Below are positions 33,618 through 46,330 of a DNA stretch of 64,000 bases, one piece after another. The stretch is from positions 10,170,001 to 10,234,000 of the forward strand of contig CM075992.1 in assembly GCA_038087875.1 (NCBI GenBank), written 5' to 3'. The notes below the pieces were generated by a model, which made no database searches, had not been told where the DNA came from, and saw only the letters and a program-made list of their open reading frames with translations. Made by a program: the position numbers and the translations under genes. Position 1 is the stretch's first letter; every line of letters begins with the position of its first letter. This DNA is from Malacoraja senta (lineage: Eukaryota).

Positions 33618-36422
33618 TTTTACTTCGGAGTCACGCGAATGACTGCGTGAAGAAGAGCCCGTCCAGCCGCACACGCGTCCTATCGTCAGACGCATAGCGC
33701 AGCGACCGTGTGTAAGTAAAACGCCTGAAGGTAAGCGGTTTTCTTGCGTTTTCAGGTCGCTTTCTTCAGAGAAACTTGTAGTTGTGCAACACAAGTTAGA
33801 ATGGAGAAAGGACGTAAGAGACGTACCGCAGGTAAACTCGAGAAAGACCGCGGGTCTGCGAGTAGCGGGCACCCGTTTGAGGAGTCGGTGGCAGCGAGGC
33901 CATCGACTTTAGAAACGGTTAAAAGAAATACCGTTGCAGCGCCATTAGGTCGCAAGGCAGGCAAAAAGCCGGGTGGCCAGCAGACTCTGAGGAATCAGAC
34001 CGGAGGAACCCCGCCTCAGGCAGACATTTTGTCTATTCGGGTCCGCGTTGGCCTACGGGAGATCCAGCGCAGGGAGTGCCTGGGGAAGTTCCAGCTCAGC
34101 GTTGGCCTACAGGAGAGCCAGCGCAGGGAATGCTTTGGAAGGTCCGGCTCAGCGTTGGCCTACAGGAGAGCCAGCGCAGGGAGTACTTGGGAAGGTCCGG
34201 CTCAGCGTTGGCCTACAAGAGAGCCAGCGTCAGCAATGCCAGAATAAGGGCATTTTATGCATTGGCCTACAGGAGAGCCAGCGCCAACAATGTCTGAAGG
34301 AAGACAGTATAGGCTGTACAGTTTGGACCGCTGCATTATCAGCATTTACAGCAAGCATATGTACAGGCATTGAGGATACATTCAGGGCATTTTGACAGAC
34401 CCATGTAATTGCCAGTTGCAGTTTTTACTGAAATACTATGGTGGATCATGAGTGTCTCAAATGCTTCCAGAGAGATCCTGGTTGAAACACCTTCCATTAT
34501 TCTACAGACTGATTTAATGCTCTAGGTTGGGGTGCTACTTATACTATTTCCAGCTGTGGAGGTAGATGGAAAGTGGAGAAAGTACCTTTGATCCAATAAC
34601 AATGGATCATTTACTGTGAGCTTTTAGGAACATTTTATGGGCCTAAAGCTTATTGCTCTAATATGCAAAATTTGCTTGTTTAGGTACAGATTGACAACAC
34701 TACGGAATAGAAACGTATGTTAATCATTTGAGTGGTATTAAGTCAGAATCTTGTGATTGGCTAACGTGATCTGGACCTGGTGTTTTACCAGAAATATTTG
34801 GTTTCGGCAATCTACCTACCAGGTAGATTCAAAATAGTTGCAGACGTAAGGTCACGTAAATTCAATGACAAAACAGAATGGATGTTGGATCGTGACAAAT
34901 TTAATAAAATTGTTGCAAGGTTCGGGATGCCAGAGATTGACTTGCTTGTATCCAGACTTAACCACCAATTACCTAAACATGTGTCATGGGAACCTGATCC
35001 TGGGCAGTAGCGGTGGATGTTTCTCGCTGCATTGGGGTACAATGTTTTTTGTATGCATTTCCTCCATTTTGCCTTATTTAGTCAGTGTATACAGAAGATC
35101 AAACAGGACGCCGCTTCGGGAGTATTGGGGGTACCAGATTGGCCTACATAACCATGGTACCCTCTGGTGTTGAAAATGATCACAAAGCCCTTATGATTTT
35201 TCCCAAACAAAATAAACCTGTTTGTGCACCCTATAACTGATGATTCACATCCTTTAAATAATCGTATTGGTTTGTTGGTTTGCAGATTCTAAGGAGTGCC
35301 ATATCTCGAAGAGGACTATCAGATCGTACTGCGGATGTTATTGCGGAAACCTGGAGGGATAGTACCCAGAAGCAGTATATTTCTTACATAAGGAAATGGG
35401 AGGTGTTTTGCTTAAGGCAGAATATTACATATCACACTGCAGACATCCTGTTAGAATTTCTGTCAACTCTTGAGTTTGATTGGCAGTTAAGCTATAGTGC
35501 TATCAATACTGCAAGAGTAGACCTGGAGTCACAGGATGTAAGTTGGGGTTTTCAGCATATTCTACGGATCCACGTCTATGTGTAGTATCACATTTACGAT
35601 GTTACATTAAAGCCACCAGAACCTTAAGAGGTGCAGTATCAGCATTCTTTATCAGCCATAAATAACCGCATAAGAAAGTGTCGGTTCAGACTATTTCATA
35701 ATGGCTGAAGCAGGTGTTGGTTGATGCAGGTATTGATACTGATAAATTTATATCTCATTCCTCCAGGGCGGCATCAACATCGGCGGTCAAGGATTTGGAT
35801 GTCCCAATAGACCATATCCTGGCGGCCTCACGATGAGCAAGTGAAAGGATGTTTCACAAGTATTACCATAAGAAGATTACAGAACCTGTGGTTATTTGGT
35901 GGTGCTGTTTTAGATTCAGTATTAAGTTTCAACTTGTGATAAAGGGGTTACTATTGTTGTGATAAATTAACCATTAACTGGTTGCATCTATGTTGTGGTT
36001 ATGCACTGTTGATTGCTTCACGCATTTAGAGTCAATCAATGCAGTGAGACGCCTGGATTTGAATCTACGGCATGAAATCAGAGCTTTAAAATCTTCACGC
36101 AGTCACTCACGTGACTCTGAAGTAAATAGTAAGATTAAACGAGAACTTACAGTTTGAAGTTGATCTTTATTTTTATGAGGAGTTACGATGAGGGACTACG
36201 TGCCCTCCGCTCCCACCCTCATAAAGGTCAAGCTGATAGTTCTAGTCTTCACGTATCTTACTAGCATACTTCAGTAATTATTATCTGTGATTTCACCCCG
36301 CTGCTTTGAAGATTGACGTGTGTGCGGCTGGACGGGCTCTTCTTAACGTGATCCCTAAACGTAACTCCTCATAAAATAAAGATCAAACTTCAAACTGGTA
36401 AGTTCTCGTTTAATCTTACTAT
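33618..36422 (+). mobile_element. DIRS1-type tyrosine-recombinase retrotransposon, internally deleted
   Basis: Inverted terminal repeats plus internal complementary region (36092-36188); RNase H/methyltransferase remnants (LGWGA, IDNTT, HLSG, EIDLLVSRLN, PDWP..PW); YR remnants (WRDSTQKQY...LSYSAINTAR, HSSRAASTS). Confidence 0.92.
34045..34300 (+). repeat. About 53-bp tandem repeat, 5 copies, in the DIRS gag region
   Basis: cgttggcctacaggagagccagcgc... units. Confidence 0.9.
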
Positions 36423-36808
36423 TATAACATCCCATTGCACTTTATCTGTTTATTTATGTGTGTATATATATATATATTCTATGGTATATAGACACACTGA
36501 TGATATACACAATAAATAAACAGATAAATAGATACAAGAAATTGCCTTGGTGCTCCACCCGCAAGTGACAACATGACATACAGTGACAATTAGGAATAAC
36601 TCATAAAACATTAAACACTAATAATAAAATATTATTGATTAAACATGTGAATTAAATACTTGGTCACTCTCTGGCTCTCTTCTCCACCCCCCCCCCTGGG
36701 TTCCCACTCTCTACCCCTGGGCCACTTTCCACCGGGCCTCCCCCCCCCCCCCCCCCCCCCCCCGGCGCCGCCATTAGCCTGAGCCCCCTTTCCCCGTCCC
36801 CAGCTCAC

Positions 36809-36896
36809 CCGGGCCGCCGGCCAATGCGGTCCCCTTTATCTCAGCCAAGACCAGGTCTCCGGCCTTGTCGTCCCACTGGCGGTTGATCCTCGACTT
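36809..36896 (-). pseudogene. HDGF: Degraded HDGF-family exon 1 (PWWP N-terminus)
   Basis: Reads (K)SRINRQWDDKAGDLVLAEIKG/frameshift/HWPAAR|gtgag versus HDGF [29 protein letters not shown]; AAG in place of ATG; donor retained. Confidence 0.8.
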
Positions 36897-37112
36897 GTTG
36901 GGGCCGCCCCGCCCGCTCTCGCGCTCAGGCCCAGGCTGGCATTGACCCGCCGCTGCTCGGCTCACCCCGCCTGGACGACCATCGGCGCCCGGCTCACCCC
37001 GCTTGGCCTGGATGACCATCACTGATCCGCTCGCCCGCCTGGAGGACCACTGGCTCCCATCACGGAGTGATGAGGCTCAGTATTGTCCCGCATCCTTCAG
37101 TCTCCCCCTCCC

Positions 37113-37948
37113 AGGGCGCCGTCCTGTGTGGTATGGCTGCCCAGCCTGCAGCTGTCCGTTTTCATCTTTTTTAATTTTTAGTTAGTTAGTTGTTTTGTTT
37201 TTTTAGGAGTTCTATTATTTTTTATGTGGGGGGTAGGGGAAACTACTTTCTAGGGTCCATACCTGGTCGGAGAGGCAGCTTTTCTCTGGGCTGCACTTTC
37301 GACCCGTCCTCACGGCCTACCAGCGGGCCTGGAGCGGCGTTTCCTGAGGGGACCGCCCAGAACCTCGCCTTCGGCGGCGGCACAGCGCTGGAGCGCTATC
37401 GCGGAGCGGAGCTGGCGATGCCTTGCCCGGGTCGCCGCGCTGGAACTCCGGTGAGCTGGGACCGCCGGTGAACATCGTGGAGCTGCAGGTCTGTGGAGCG
37501 ACCAGCTGTGGGCGGTGGCGCTGAACTTTACATCGGGAGCCTGGGATCTCGCGACGAGATCGCCAGTGGTGGAGCTCCATCCAGCGCGGCCTGTCGGCTT
37601 CAGAAGCCGCGGACTCCGGTAGGGAGACGGCCGTTCCAGGTGTCCCAAGCTGCTGAGAGGGTTCTCCCGACGCCGGAGCACCATCACCCGGCGAAGAAGG
37701 GCCTGTAACATCGGCCCCCGTAGCGCCGACTGTGGAGGTCTATATAGGCCAGACTATGGGTGGACAAGGGGATATGGACTGGACTTTGTGCCTTCCCCCA
37801 CAGTGGGATCCATTGTGGGGGGATGTTTTTATGTTTTATGTTAAATTTCTTTAATGTTGTGTCTATTTGTGCTGCATGGCAAGAACAAATTTCACTACAC
37901 CATTTGGTGTATGTGACAATAAATGTCCTTTGTCCTTTGTCCTTTGTC
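37113..37948 (+). mobile_element. GC-rich non-autonomous retroelement with Rex1-like tail
   Basis: Same family as 26871-27739; ends gtgacaataaa(tgtcctt)n. Confidence 0.75.
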
Positions 37949-37949
37949 C

Positions 37950-39030
37950 CCTCCCTCCCTCCCTCCCCTTCATCTCCCCTACCTCTCTTAGCCACCCTCT
38001 CTCTCTCCCTTCCCTCCCCTCCCCTTCCTTCACTCTCTCCCTCCCCTCCCTCTCTCCCTCCTCTCTCTCTCAAACCTTCCTCACTCCTTCCCTAACCTGT
38101 TCCCTCAATCCCTCTCATCCTTACCCCCATCTGTCCCCTCACTCTCCCCTCCTTCACCCCCTCACTCCCACTTTTACCTCAATTCCTCCCTCGTCTCTAG
38201 TCCTCCATCCTCTCACTCCCACCAGTTCCTTCCTTCCTCCTGTTCCTTCATTCCCCTCATCCCTCCCTCCCTCCACCCCGCCTGTTCACTCCCTCTACTC
38301 CACTTTTCCCTCATGCCCCTGCTCCTCTCTAGCCCTGCTCCCTCTATCCCTTCACTCCCTCCCTTCTCTCTAGCCCTCCTCACTTGTTCCCTCCCTCACT
38401 CCCTCCATTCTAGCCCTCATCTCTCCACTCCCTCTACTGCCAGTGTTCCCTCACTCACTCCCCTCTCTAGTCCTCCCCCTTCTACCTACCCCCCACATAT
38501 TCCCTTCAACGACTCTGCTTCTGTTTGCAGTTTTATTTTATTTTTAAAAATACTGTATTGGAGGTAATATAAACCTGAAATATATAAAGAGAATATTGAC
38601 TAACTTGCACAAGTAATGAAATGTTTCCAACGCCATTCTTTGCCAAAGGGAATGCCAATAGGCAGTGGGTTTTAACACAAATTGTAACAGGTTTGTGTGC
38701 AGACGGGAGGGTGATCTTTTCCCACCCCTCTCTCCCCACCATCTGTTTCTCCCCTTCCACTGTGTCTCTCCTCTTCCCCTGTCCCTCTCCCCTCCCCCCT
38801 GTGCCCCCCATCGCTCCCACCCCTCTCTCCACATACTCATCTCTCCGTCACCCCTACTCCTCTCTGTCAACCCACCCTCTCTTCCCTTCCTTCTCTTCTC
38901 AGCACCTCTCATTCTCTCACCCGATCTCTCTCACCCTCCCCTCCCCCCTCCCACCCGTCGCTCCACTCTGCTATCTTCCCCCCTTCCCCACTAGTCTCTC
39001 TCTCTCCCCCCTTCCTCCTCGTCTCTCACA
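37950..39030. repeat. CT-rich low-complexity tracts (intron-like)
   Basis: Direct inspection; interrupted by unique sequence at 38510-38715. Confidence 0.85.
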
Positions 39031-39289
39031 GCTCTGCAGAGTATTTATATTCAGCAGCTTCTCCATGTATTTACAGCGTTGATGACAGATTTATTGACGC
39101 TTAATCCGTTCCACGGGGCGGCGGGATTCCAATCTCCTGCGCCCACTCCGCTGGACACCTGGGTCTGGAGGAAGGGGCTAGCAGTGCCTGCCCTGCGATT
39201 AGCCACCACCGCCAGCAGGCTTGATAGCAGACCAACACGAAGCTCCGCTTGGTGACCAGTCTTATCTCTGTCTGGGGATCGCTCCTATA

Positions 39290-42200
39290 TGCCTATATTG
39301 GATGTGCCTATATAGAATATAAAGTACAAGAGACTACGAGGACTCTTGATGGAAAGGTGGCACTTGTGAATTGGAGTTTAGAGACTCGTTGGTTGGCTTT
39401 GGTTTGGATGGGGGAGCCGAGGAACATCTGGAAGATTGGTTGCAGCCCCAGCTTATGCCCCTTGCCCACCCTATATACCACCTCCACCTTCTGCACCTCG
39501 TGCCTCACAGACCTCCTGTGTCTGCAGCACCGCCCACACCCACTGCTGATTGTGATCCTTTAGCATCACCCGCTCCGCAGACAGCAGCACCCACTTACAG
39601 TTCCGTGACCCCAACAGCTCCCGCACTAACAGACACCCCAGTAGCGCTCGGTACAAGGAGCAAGACAAAGAAATTAGCACCCGCATTCCGAGAGAAAGAA
39701 CCAGTTTACGAACCACCTAAACCTTGGAGAATAAGACGGCCACCCAGAGAGAGAAGACAGTCTTTTAGAAATGATCGTCTTCCCCTTGTGATGAGGGTGT
39801 GACATCGGAGGGTGATCTAATCTAAACAATATGGATTGGTCAGAGAATAGTGCAAGTCAAATGGCCCGTGTGTTAGGTATCATTGGAAAGACATTAGAAA
39901 GCAAGAGAAACAGCCCCAAATTAAGGCAAAGACTGAATATGTTATAATGAAGGAAGCGCCAAGAGAGTTATGGAGTAGTCCCCAGACAAGACCACAGCAT
40001 AATGCGCCAGTATGGGCAAGGGTGCCAGAACCGGAGTATCCAGGTTACCCTGATGAACCACCTCCCTTAGAACCAATTCCCCAAGACGCTGGAGAGGGAA
40101 TAGAGTATTGGGACCAGACCAATGTTATACCTGTGGCGTACAAGCTCACTGAGGTAGGGAGTGCCCGACACGAAAACGACAGGAAGGAGGGGGCCAACAG
40201 AGAGAGCAGAGAGGGAACTGGCAAGGAATCAGGGACAGAGAAGACAAACACCCTTCTCTCAAAATAATCCATTCTCACGTTCCTGATTAGCTAACTTGGT
40301 GGTGAATTAATGCAAATCTGATGAAGAACCTGTACTATCATTGCGAGTGGAGGGAAGGATATGCACCGTTTTGGTAGATCCAGGGGTATCCATGTCATCT
40401 CTTCAATAAACCTATAACCTTCCCAAGTCTAGGGAAGTTCAGAGCCTGTCTGGATTCCAGGGACAAGTTTGCCAGTACCCCATTTCTATGCCAGTCGAAG
40501 TGGTGTATCAATGCAAGGCCATCAAACATAGATTTGTAATAACAACTGGATTGGATTGCAATTTACTGGCTATAGATTTGCTCTGTGCATTTCAATTAAA
40601 ATTTGAATGCAGCGATGGTGGAATAATAGTAACCCCATGGGCTCCTGAAAGGCAATGCTACTCGTCAGTAACACCCCAATGGTGGTCCATAGGCTCAGAT
40701 GATTAGCCCCCGCTTAATATCACATTGGTCTATGATAGAAGTGGCAAAAATAAAGAATTTGAAACCTTTTTCAGGCCTCAAGAAGGAACAAAATGGGACG
40801 TGAATATTTTAGCACTGGTAACAGGCCAAGATGGAACTGCAGAGTATGTTAAGATACCCCTAGATTTACGGAAACGAGCTTCAGAGGTTACTCACACATA
40901 ACAAGGAAGGTGAATTTTTCAGCAAATGAGAAGGACGGGAGCGATTGTTAAGAAAGCAATTGATCTGTCAGATCTGAATATGTATCAAGAACAGAGCTGT
41001 TGAGATTTACCAGTCCCCGAGGACAGTTGTTGCCCAGCTACGCCAGCATCTGGGTAGTGAGGTGTGTGAATATTTGGACCCGCAAGTGTGGGTAGAAGAC
41101 ACTACTCAGGTAGGATGTGTTCATATTGATCTCATCCAGGTAGCTCATCAGAAAGGGGTAACACTGCCCTCGATACAGTAGTACCCATTGAAACAACAGG
41201 CAATTCCGAGTATAGACAAACTGATTCGGGGATTGCTGGAACAAGGCATCCTAGTAGAGTGCCAATCCATTTGTAATACACCGATCCTTGCAGTGCCCAA
41301 GGCAGGGAAAGAGGGTCAGTACAGACTGGTCCAGGACTTAAGATCTATCAATGCAGTGGTAGAACTGCTCATGCCTTGGTGCCGAACCTGGCTCATATTT
41401 TAGCCTTGATTCAGTGGAGTCGAAGATTTTTTCAATTGTAGATCTACAGCATGCCTTCTTCTCATTACCTCTGCACCAAAACCGCCAGTACATATTTGTA
41501 TTTACTTACAGGGGACAACAATATACATGGATAAGATTACCCAGGGATTTATTAATTCGCCCACCTTATTTCTTGACGTCTTCAAGGACAATTAAACACC
41601 TTAAACTTTAAAAGTAAATCCACTCTGGTTCAATATGTGGCCGACCTATTGCTGGCTAGTTTTTGATGAGCTGAGCAACCGTGAGGATACCACTCAATTA
41701 TTGAACCACTTGGCAACGTTTGGATACATTGTCCCTGAGTCCAAAGTATTAATGTCTCAACAAAAATTAAAATTCCTGGGAGTGATAATTTTGGCCACGG
41801 AAGAAGTCTGGAGAATAGTAGAATTGAACCAATTTGTGAATTTCCTGTACCAAAAGAGGCGACGCAGATGAGACAGGGGCGTGGCATGGTGAACTAGTGC
41901 CGACCATGGATCCCTAATATTACATTAGACACCAAGGAATTGACTTCTTTTATCAGCCTAGAGGGCGAATTTCAGTTGTCCGAAGAAGCTCAGAAAGCTT
42001 TAGAGAATTTAAAGAGATCCTCAATGCAGGCTCCAGCATGAGGAAGGCCACTCCATGATAGACCCTTCCAACTTTACTGTACCATTCTTTCCGAATGTTC
42101 AACTGCAGTCCTCACCTTAAAACGTGGGTATAAGCACAGACCAGTGGCTTATTATTCTTCGAAGCTTGACCTAGCAGCGAGAGGACACCCAATATGCACC

Positions 42201-42704
42201 CAGATCTTAGCAGCAATCTATAATAGTTTCAGTCTGCTGCAAACCTGACCTTACAGCAAGAGATAGTAGTGTACAGTTCCCATTCAGTGGCAACCTTGTT
42301 AGGACAACTGCAAACTCAGCATCTGACAATGGCTTGTCAAAACAAATATGAAATCTATCTTTTGCATAATCCAAAACTCCAGTTCAGATACTGTACAACT
42401 TCAGATCCGATATCTTTTCTTATTTCACCACTGAAGGAACAGTCAGAATCAGGACATGACTGTTTATTTGTAATACAGGAAGAGACATCTGTGAGGGAAG
42501 ATCAGAAGAGCGCTCCTATCGTAGACCCTGATCTGACATTATACGAGGATGGAAGTGCATCTATTGGGCCCCAGGGAGAGAGACTCTCTGGGTACACTAT
42601 CATAGACCAGGATGGGAACAGTGTAGAGGCAACTGCCTTCCAGTCACCCTTTTCAGCCCAACGGGCTGAAGAGATCTGAAAGTAAACATATATACAGATT
42701 CTAG
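39290..42704 (+). mobile_element. Class I (epsilon/gamma-like) endogenous retrovirus remnant gag-pro-pol
   Basis: Protease VLVDPG (degenerate DTG) and LLAIDLL; RT CNTPILAVPK..YRLVQDLR, VDLQHAFFS, YTWIRLP, QYVADLLL; RNase H RPVAYYS, LYEDGS, SAQRAE; many stops and frameshifts. Confidence 0.92.
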
Positions 42705-43607
42705 ATGGTACACAAAAATGCTGGAGAAACTCAGCGGGTGCAGCAGCATCTATGGAGCGAAGGAAATAGGTAACGTTTCGGGCCGAAACCCTTCTTCAGA
42801 CTGATAGGGGGTGGGGAGAAGAAAGGAAAAAAGGAAAAGGAGGAGGAGGAGCCCGAGGGCTGGGGGAGGGGAGGAGACAACCAGATGGCTGATGAAGGGG
42901 AGGGGACAGCCAGGGCTAGCAGAATTGGGAGAATTCAACGTTCAGGCCACCAGGATGTAGACTGCCTAAGCGGAATATGAGGTGCATTTCCTCCAATTTA
43001 CGGTGTTGCTCGCTGTGGCCATGGAGGAGACCCAGGACAGAGAGGTCAGATACGGAATGGGAGGGGGAGTTGAAGTGCTGAGCCACCGGGAGTTCAGGTT
43101 GGTTATTGCGGACCGACCGGAGGTGTTCGGCGAAACGATCGCCAAGCCTCCGCTTGGTCTCACCGATGTAGATCAGCTGGCATCTAGAGCAGCGAATGCA
43201 ATAGATGAGGTTGGAGGAGATGCAGGTGAACCTCTGTCGCACCTGGAACGACTGCTTGGGGTCCTGGAATGGAGTGGAGGGGGGAAGTGAAGGGACAAGT
43301 GTTGCATCTCTTGCGGTTGCAAGGGAAAGTACCAGGGGAGGGGGTGGTATGGGAGGGAAGGGAAGAATTGACAAGGGAGTTACGGAGGGAGCGGTCTTTG
43401 CGGAAGGCAGACATAGGGGGAGATGGAAGATGTGGCGAGTGGTGGGTCACGTTGGAGGTGGCGAAACTGACGGAGGATCACTTGTTGTGCAGTCGCTTGG
43501 GCAGTCTACATCCTGGTGGCCTGAACGTTGAATTCTCCCAATTCTGCTAGCCCTGGCTGTCCCCTCCCTTCATCAGCCATCTGGTTGTCTCCTCCCCTCC
43601 CCCAGCC
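42705..43607 (-). mobile_element. Penelope-like element (GIY-YIG endonuclease) with inverted terminal segment
   Basis: NLIYCIRCSRCQLIYIGETKRRLGDRFAEH...GLN; an inverted copy of its 3' part at 43494-43607; hammerhead motif at 42769-42803. Confidence 0.92.
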
Positions 43608-43807
43608 NNNNNNNNNNNNNNNNNNNNNNNNNNNNNNNNNNNNNNNNNNNNNNNNNNNNNNNNNNNNNNNNNNNNNNNNNNNNNNNNNNNNNNNNNNNNN
43701 NNNNNNNNNNNNNNNNNNNNNNNNNNNNNNNNNNNNNNNNNNNNNNNNNNNNNNNNNNNNNNNNNNNNNNNNNNNNNNNNNNNNNNNNNNNNNNNNNNNN
43801 NNNNNNN
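43608..43807. other. Assembly gap (200 N)
   Basis: Run of n. Confidence 1.
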
Positions 43808-44099
43808 AGAGCGCACGGGGGCTGCAGGAGCACCAACGGATATACAGACCATGATGGAGAGGGTGAGGGCAGACTCTACGATGGCAGTATAAAATTGGAC
43901 CATCATTGCCTGCGGCAGATTGTGTTTTCTCAGCTGTTCAGCTTTTTTCACTGTGAAGTCGATGGTGGCCTCCCATTGATCTATCGAACAATGATCAATC
44001 TCCATTTTTTTAAAACTCCTTTGTCCTGTTTTCACTCCTTACACTTCCTTATCTCTGTACCTCCCTTCAGACTGAACAAGGGTCTCGACCCGAAACGTC

Positions 44100-44270
44100 A
44101 CCCACGTGACTCTGCTCAATGGCAGGTGGTGGGGCCCGCACCAGTCCCCCTCGGATTGGCGGTGACGTGAGGACACCGGTCTAACGCACCCTCTGTGGTT
44201 GCGGCTGACGTCACGGCGCAGGGCGGGCAGAGATGCGGGCGGGCGGCACGACGCGGGTCCCGGATGCTCA
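44100..44270 (+). promoter_or_regulatory. CpG-rich promoter-like segment upstream of the ZNF relic
   Basis: Palindromic CRE TGACGTCA at 44206-44213, CACGTG, ATTGG, GGGCGG boxes. Confidence 0.45.
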
Positions 44271-44525
44271 ACGCACCCCACTCCCCCACATCCCCCCTCC
44301 CCCCTTCAAGCACTAGTAATGTTCATGCGTCAGTAATGTCCTGTTTGCCCGCAGTTGACCCTCTGTGTTCCCCTCCTACAGGGTTTAGGAGCTGTTGCTG
44401 TGGACGGAGAGATGGGGACGTGAGCGGCCATTGAGGGCAGGCAGGGTGCCGGTGAGCCTCCCACCCCCCCTCCCCCCCCCCCATCTGCTCGGTGTGTGGG
44501 CTGAGCTTTGAGGGGCTGAGCTTCG

Positions 44526-45038
44526 ATGGAGGACATGATGGGGCACAACAAGGAGAAGCGTTATGAGTGCGATGTGTGTGGCAAGGCCCGGCAGCACTGG
44601 TACCTGCTGGAGACCCACCGGAGGGTGCACACGGGAGAACGTCCCTTCGACTGCTCGGAGTGCAGCAAGAACTTAACCCGATACGAGACCGCGTGCACTC
44701 CGGCGAGATGCCCTTCGGCTGCTCCAACTGCATCAAGCGGTTCATCCGCTCCAACAGCCTGCTGGAGCACTGGCAAACCCACAGCGGCGAGCACCGCCTC
44801 ACCTATGCCCAGTGCGGCAAGGGCTTCACCTGCTCCTCCAAGCTGCTGTCCCACCAGCAGGTGCACACTGGTGACCGCCCCTTCTCCAGGCCCTTCGGCG
44901 GCTCCGACTGCGGCAATACTTCAAGACAGTGTATGACCTGAAGATCCACCGGTGAGTGCACACGGGCGAGAAGCCCTTTTGCTGCTCCACCTGCGACAAG
45001 AAATGTTCAATTCGTCGAAGCTGCGGATGAACTGGCGG
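44526..45038 (+). pseudogene. C2H2 zinc-finger pseudogene
   Basis: YECDVCGK...H.RVHTGERPF and further fingers across frameshifts; truncated by the LTR at 45039. Confidence 0.88.
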
Positions 45039-45506
45039 TGTGGAAGGATAATTAATATCCTTCCTTATTTAATTTTGATTGGAATTGAATAAGGTAAGGA
45101 AAGGGTGCTTATGATTGGCTTGGAAAGTGGATAGTGGTACGGGCCGCCTGAAAGTTGAGATAGAATAATGTCATGATGCCCTTGTATTGTGTTTGACTTG
45201 TGTTAACCATCTGTTGTTGAATAAGATTAACATAAGCGAAATGTATGTTATGACTAATGAAATAATTGGTATCCGTGTAGTTGATAGAATATTTTCGTAG
45301 AGTAGTATCTAACAACAGTACAAAAACTTTTGTTTACAGCACAGTATAACTGTCCGCTAATTCCGATGTGAAGTCAGAGAACTGGTGGGCAGTTTACTGT
45401 CACCATCTCTCCATAATATCATGCAATAAAGTCTTTTGAAGCAAAGCTGCAAAGTCTGTTATTTGTAGTTTTCCTTAAATTTCCCTCTGAATTAATTTCT
45501 TCCACA
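45039..45506 (+). mobile_element. Retroviral 5' LTR (468 bp)
   Basis: TGTGGAAG...CTTCCACA terminal inverted repeat, AATAAA at 45425-45430, followed by a PBS. Confidence 0.88.
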
Positions 45507-45511
45507 GAATT

Positions 45512-45529
45512 TGGCATAGTCAGCAGGAA
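45512..45529 (+). promoter_or_regulatory. Primer-binding site, tRNA-Ser type
   Basis: TGGCATAGTCAGCAGGAA versus the Ser PBS TGGCGTAGTCGGCAGGAT (two CpG-type changes plus one terminal mismatch). Confidence 0.8.
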
Positions 45530-45807
45530 CCCAATTGTAACGGGGTTAGAACGAATAGAAGGGGAAATAAAAGGGAATGATAAAATAGTCCCTACCGAAA
45601 GAGGGACAGGGGGCTTCCCAGAGAAGGGAGAGGCCCGGCAGCCTAGCTATCTGGCCAGTGACTCACGCTGAGCCAAGACACCTATTAGGCTTGGGGCAAG
45701 ATTGCGGAGAAGATAAATGGAAGCAGGTGCCGTAAAGCACGCTATAGAAATTGAAAGGTGACTTCGAGGTTTGCAGACGGAGTAAAACTGGTGCATGCAA
45801 ACTGTAA

Positions 45808-46261
45808 AGGGCCTGTCCCACGGGCATGCGACTTCATGCAGCAAGCGCAACCTAACGTGGTCGCTTAAGCCGTACGGCCTCGCGGGGCCGGTCCCACTTC
45901 GATCGCCGGAGCCGTATGGAGTTGTGCAGAGCTGGTCCCGACATCGCGCGGGGCTCCGAAAAACTGACAGTGTTCAAAAATTGCGCGCGGCAACGGCCTG
46001 CCGGCCCGCAGCCGCCTCGACACCGTACGCACTGCCTCGACGGATGTGCGCAGCCTCGACGCCATACGTCACGCGCGAACTTCCCGCGTCACTCACTCGA
46101 CCTCCGCGCGGCCCTCGCTTCCGGTTTGGTCGCGCTTGCCGCATGTTGCCACATGCTGGTGGGACCGGCCCTGTACGGGGATCACTCGACCTCCGCGTGG
46201 CCCCCGCTTCCGGTTAGGTCGCGCTTGCCGCATGGAGTCGCATGCCCGTGGGACAGGCCCT
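45808..46261. mobile_element. PIF/Harbinger-like MITE in the ERV leader
   Basis: TIR agggcctgtcccacgggcatgcgac / gtcgcatgcccgtgggacaggccct, TWA-type flanks. Confidence 0.85.
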
Positions 46262-46330
46262 TTAATAGAATATAATAAGACATTGTCCGTGGAAAACTAA
46301 CTTTTGTTTTAACAGACTTTTGAATAGAAT

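Noticed and set aside
43528..44035. ORFs spanning the N run
   Set aside because: Artefacts of the assembly gap.
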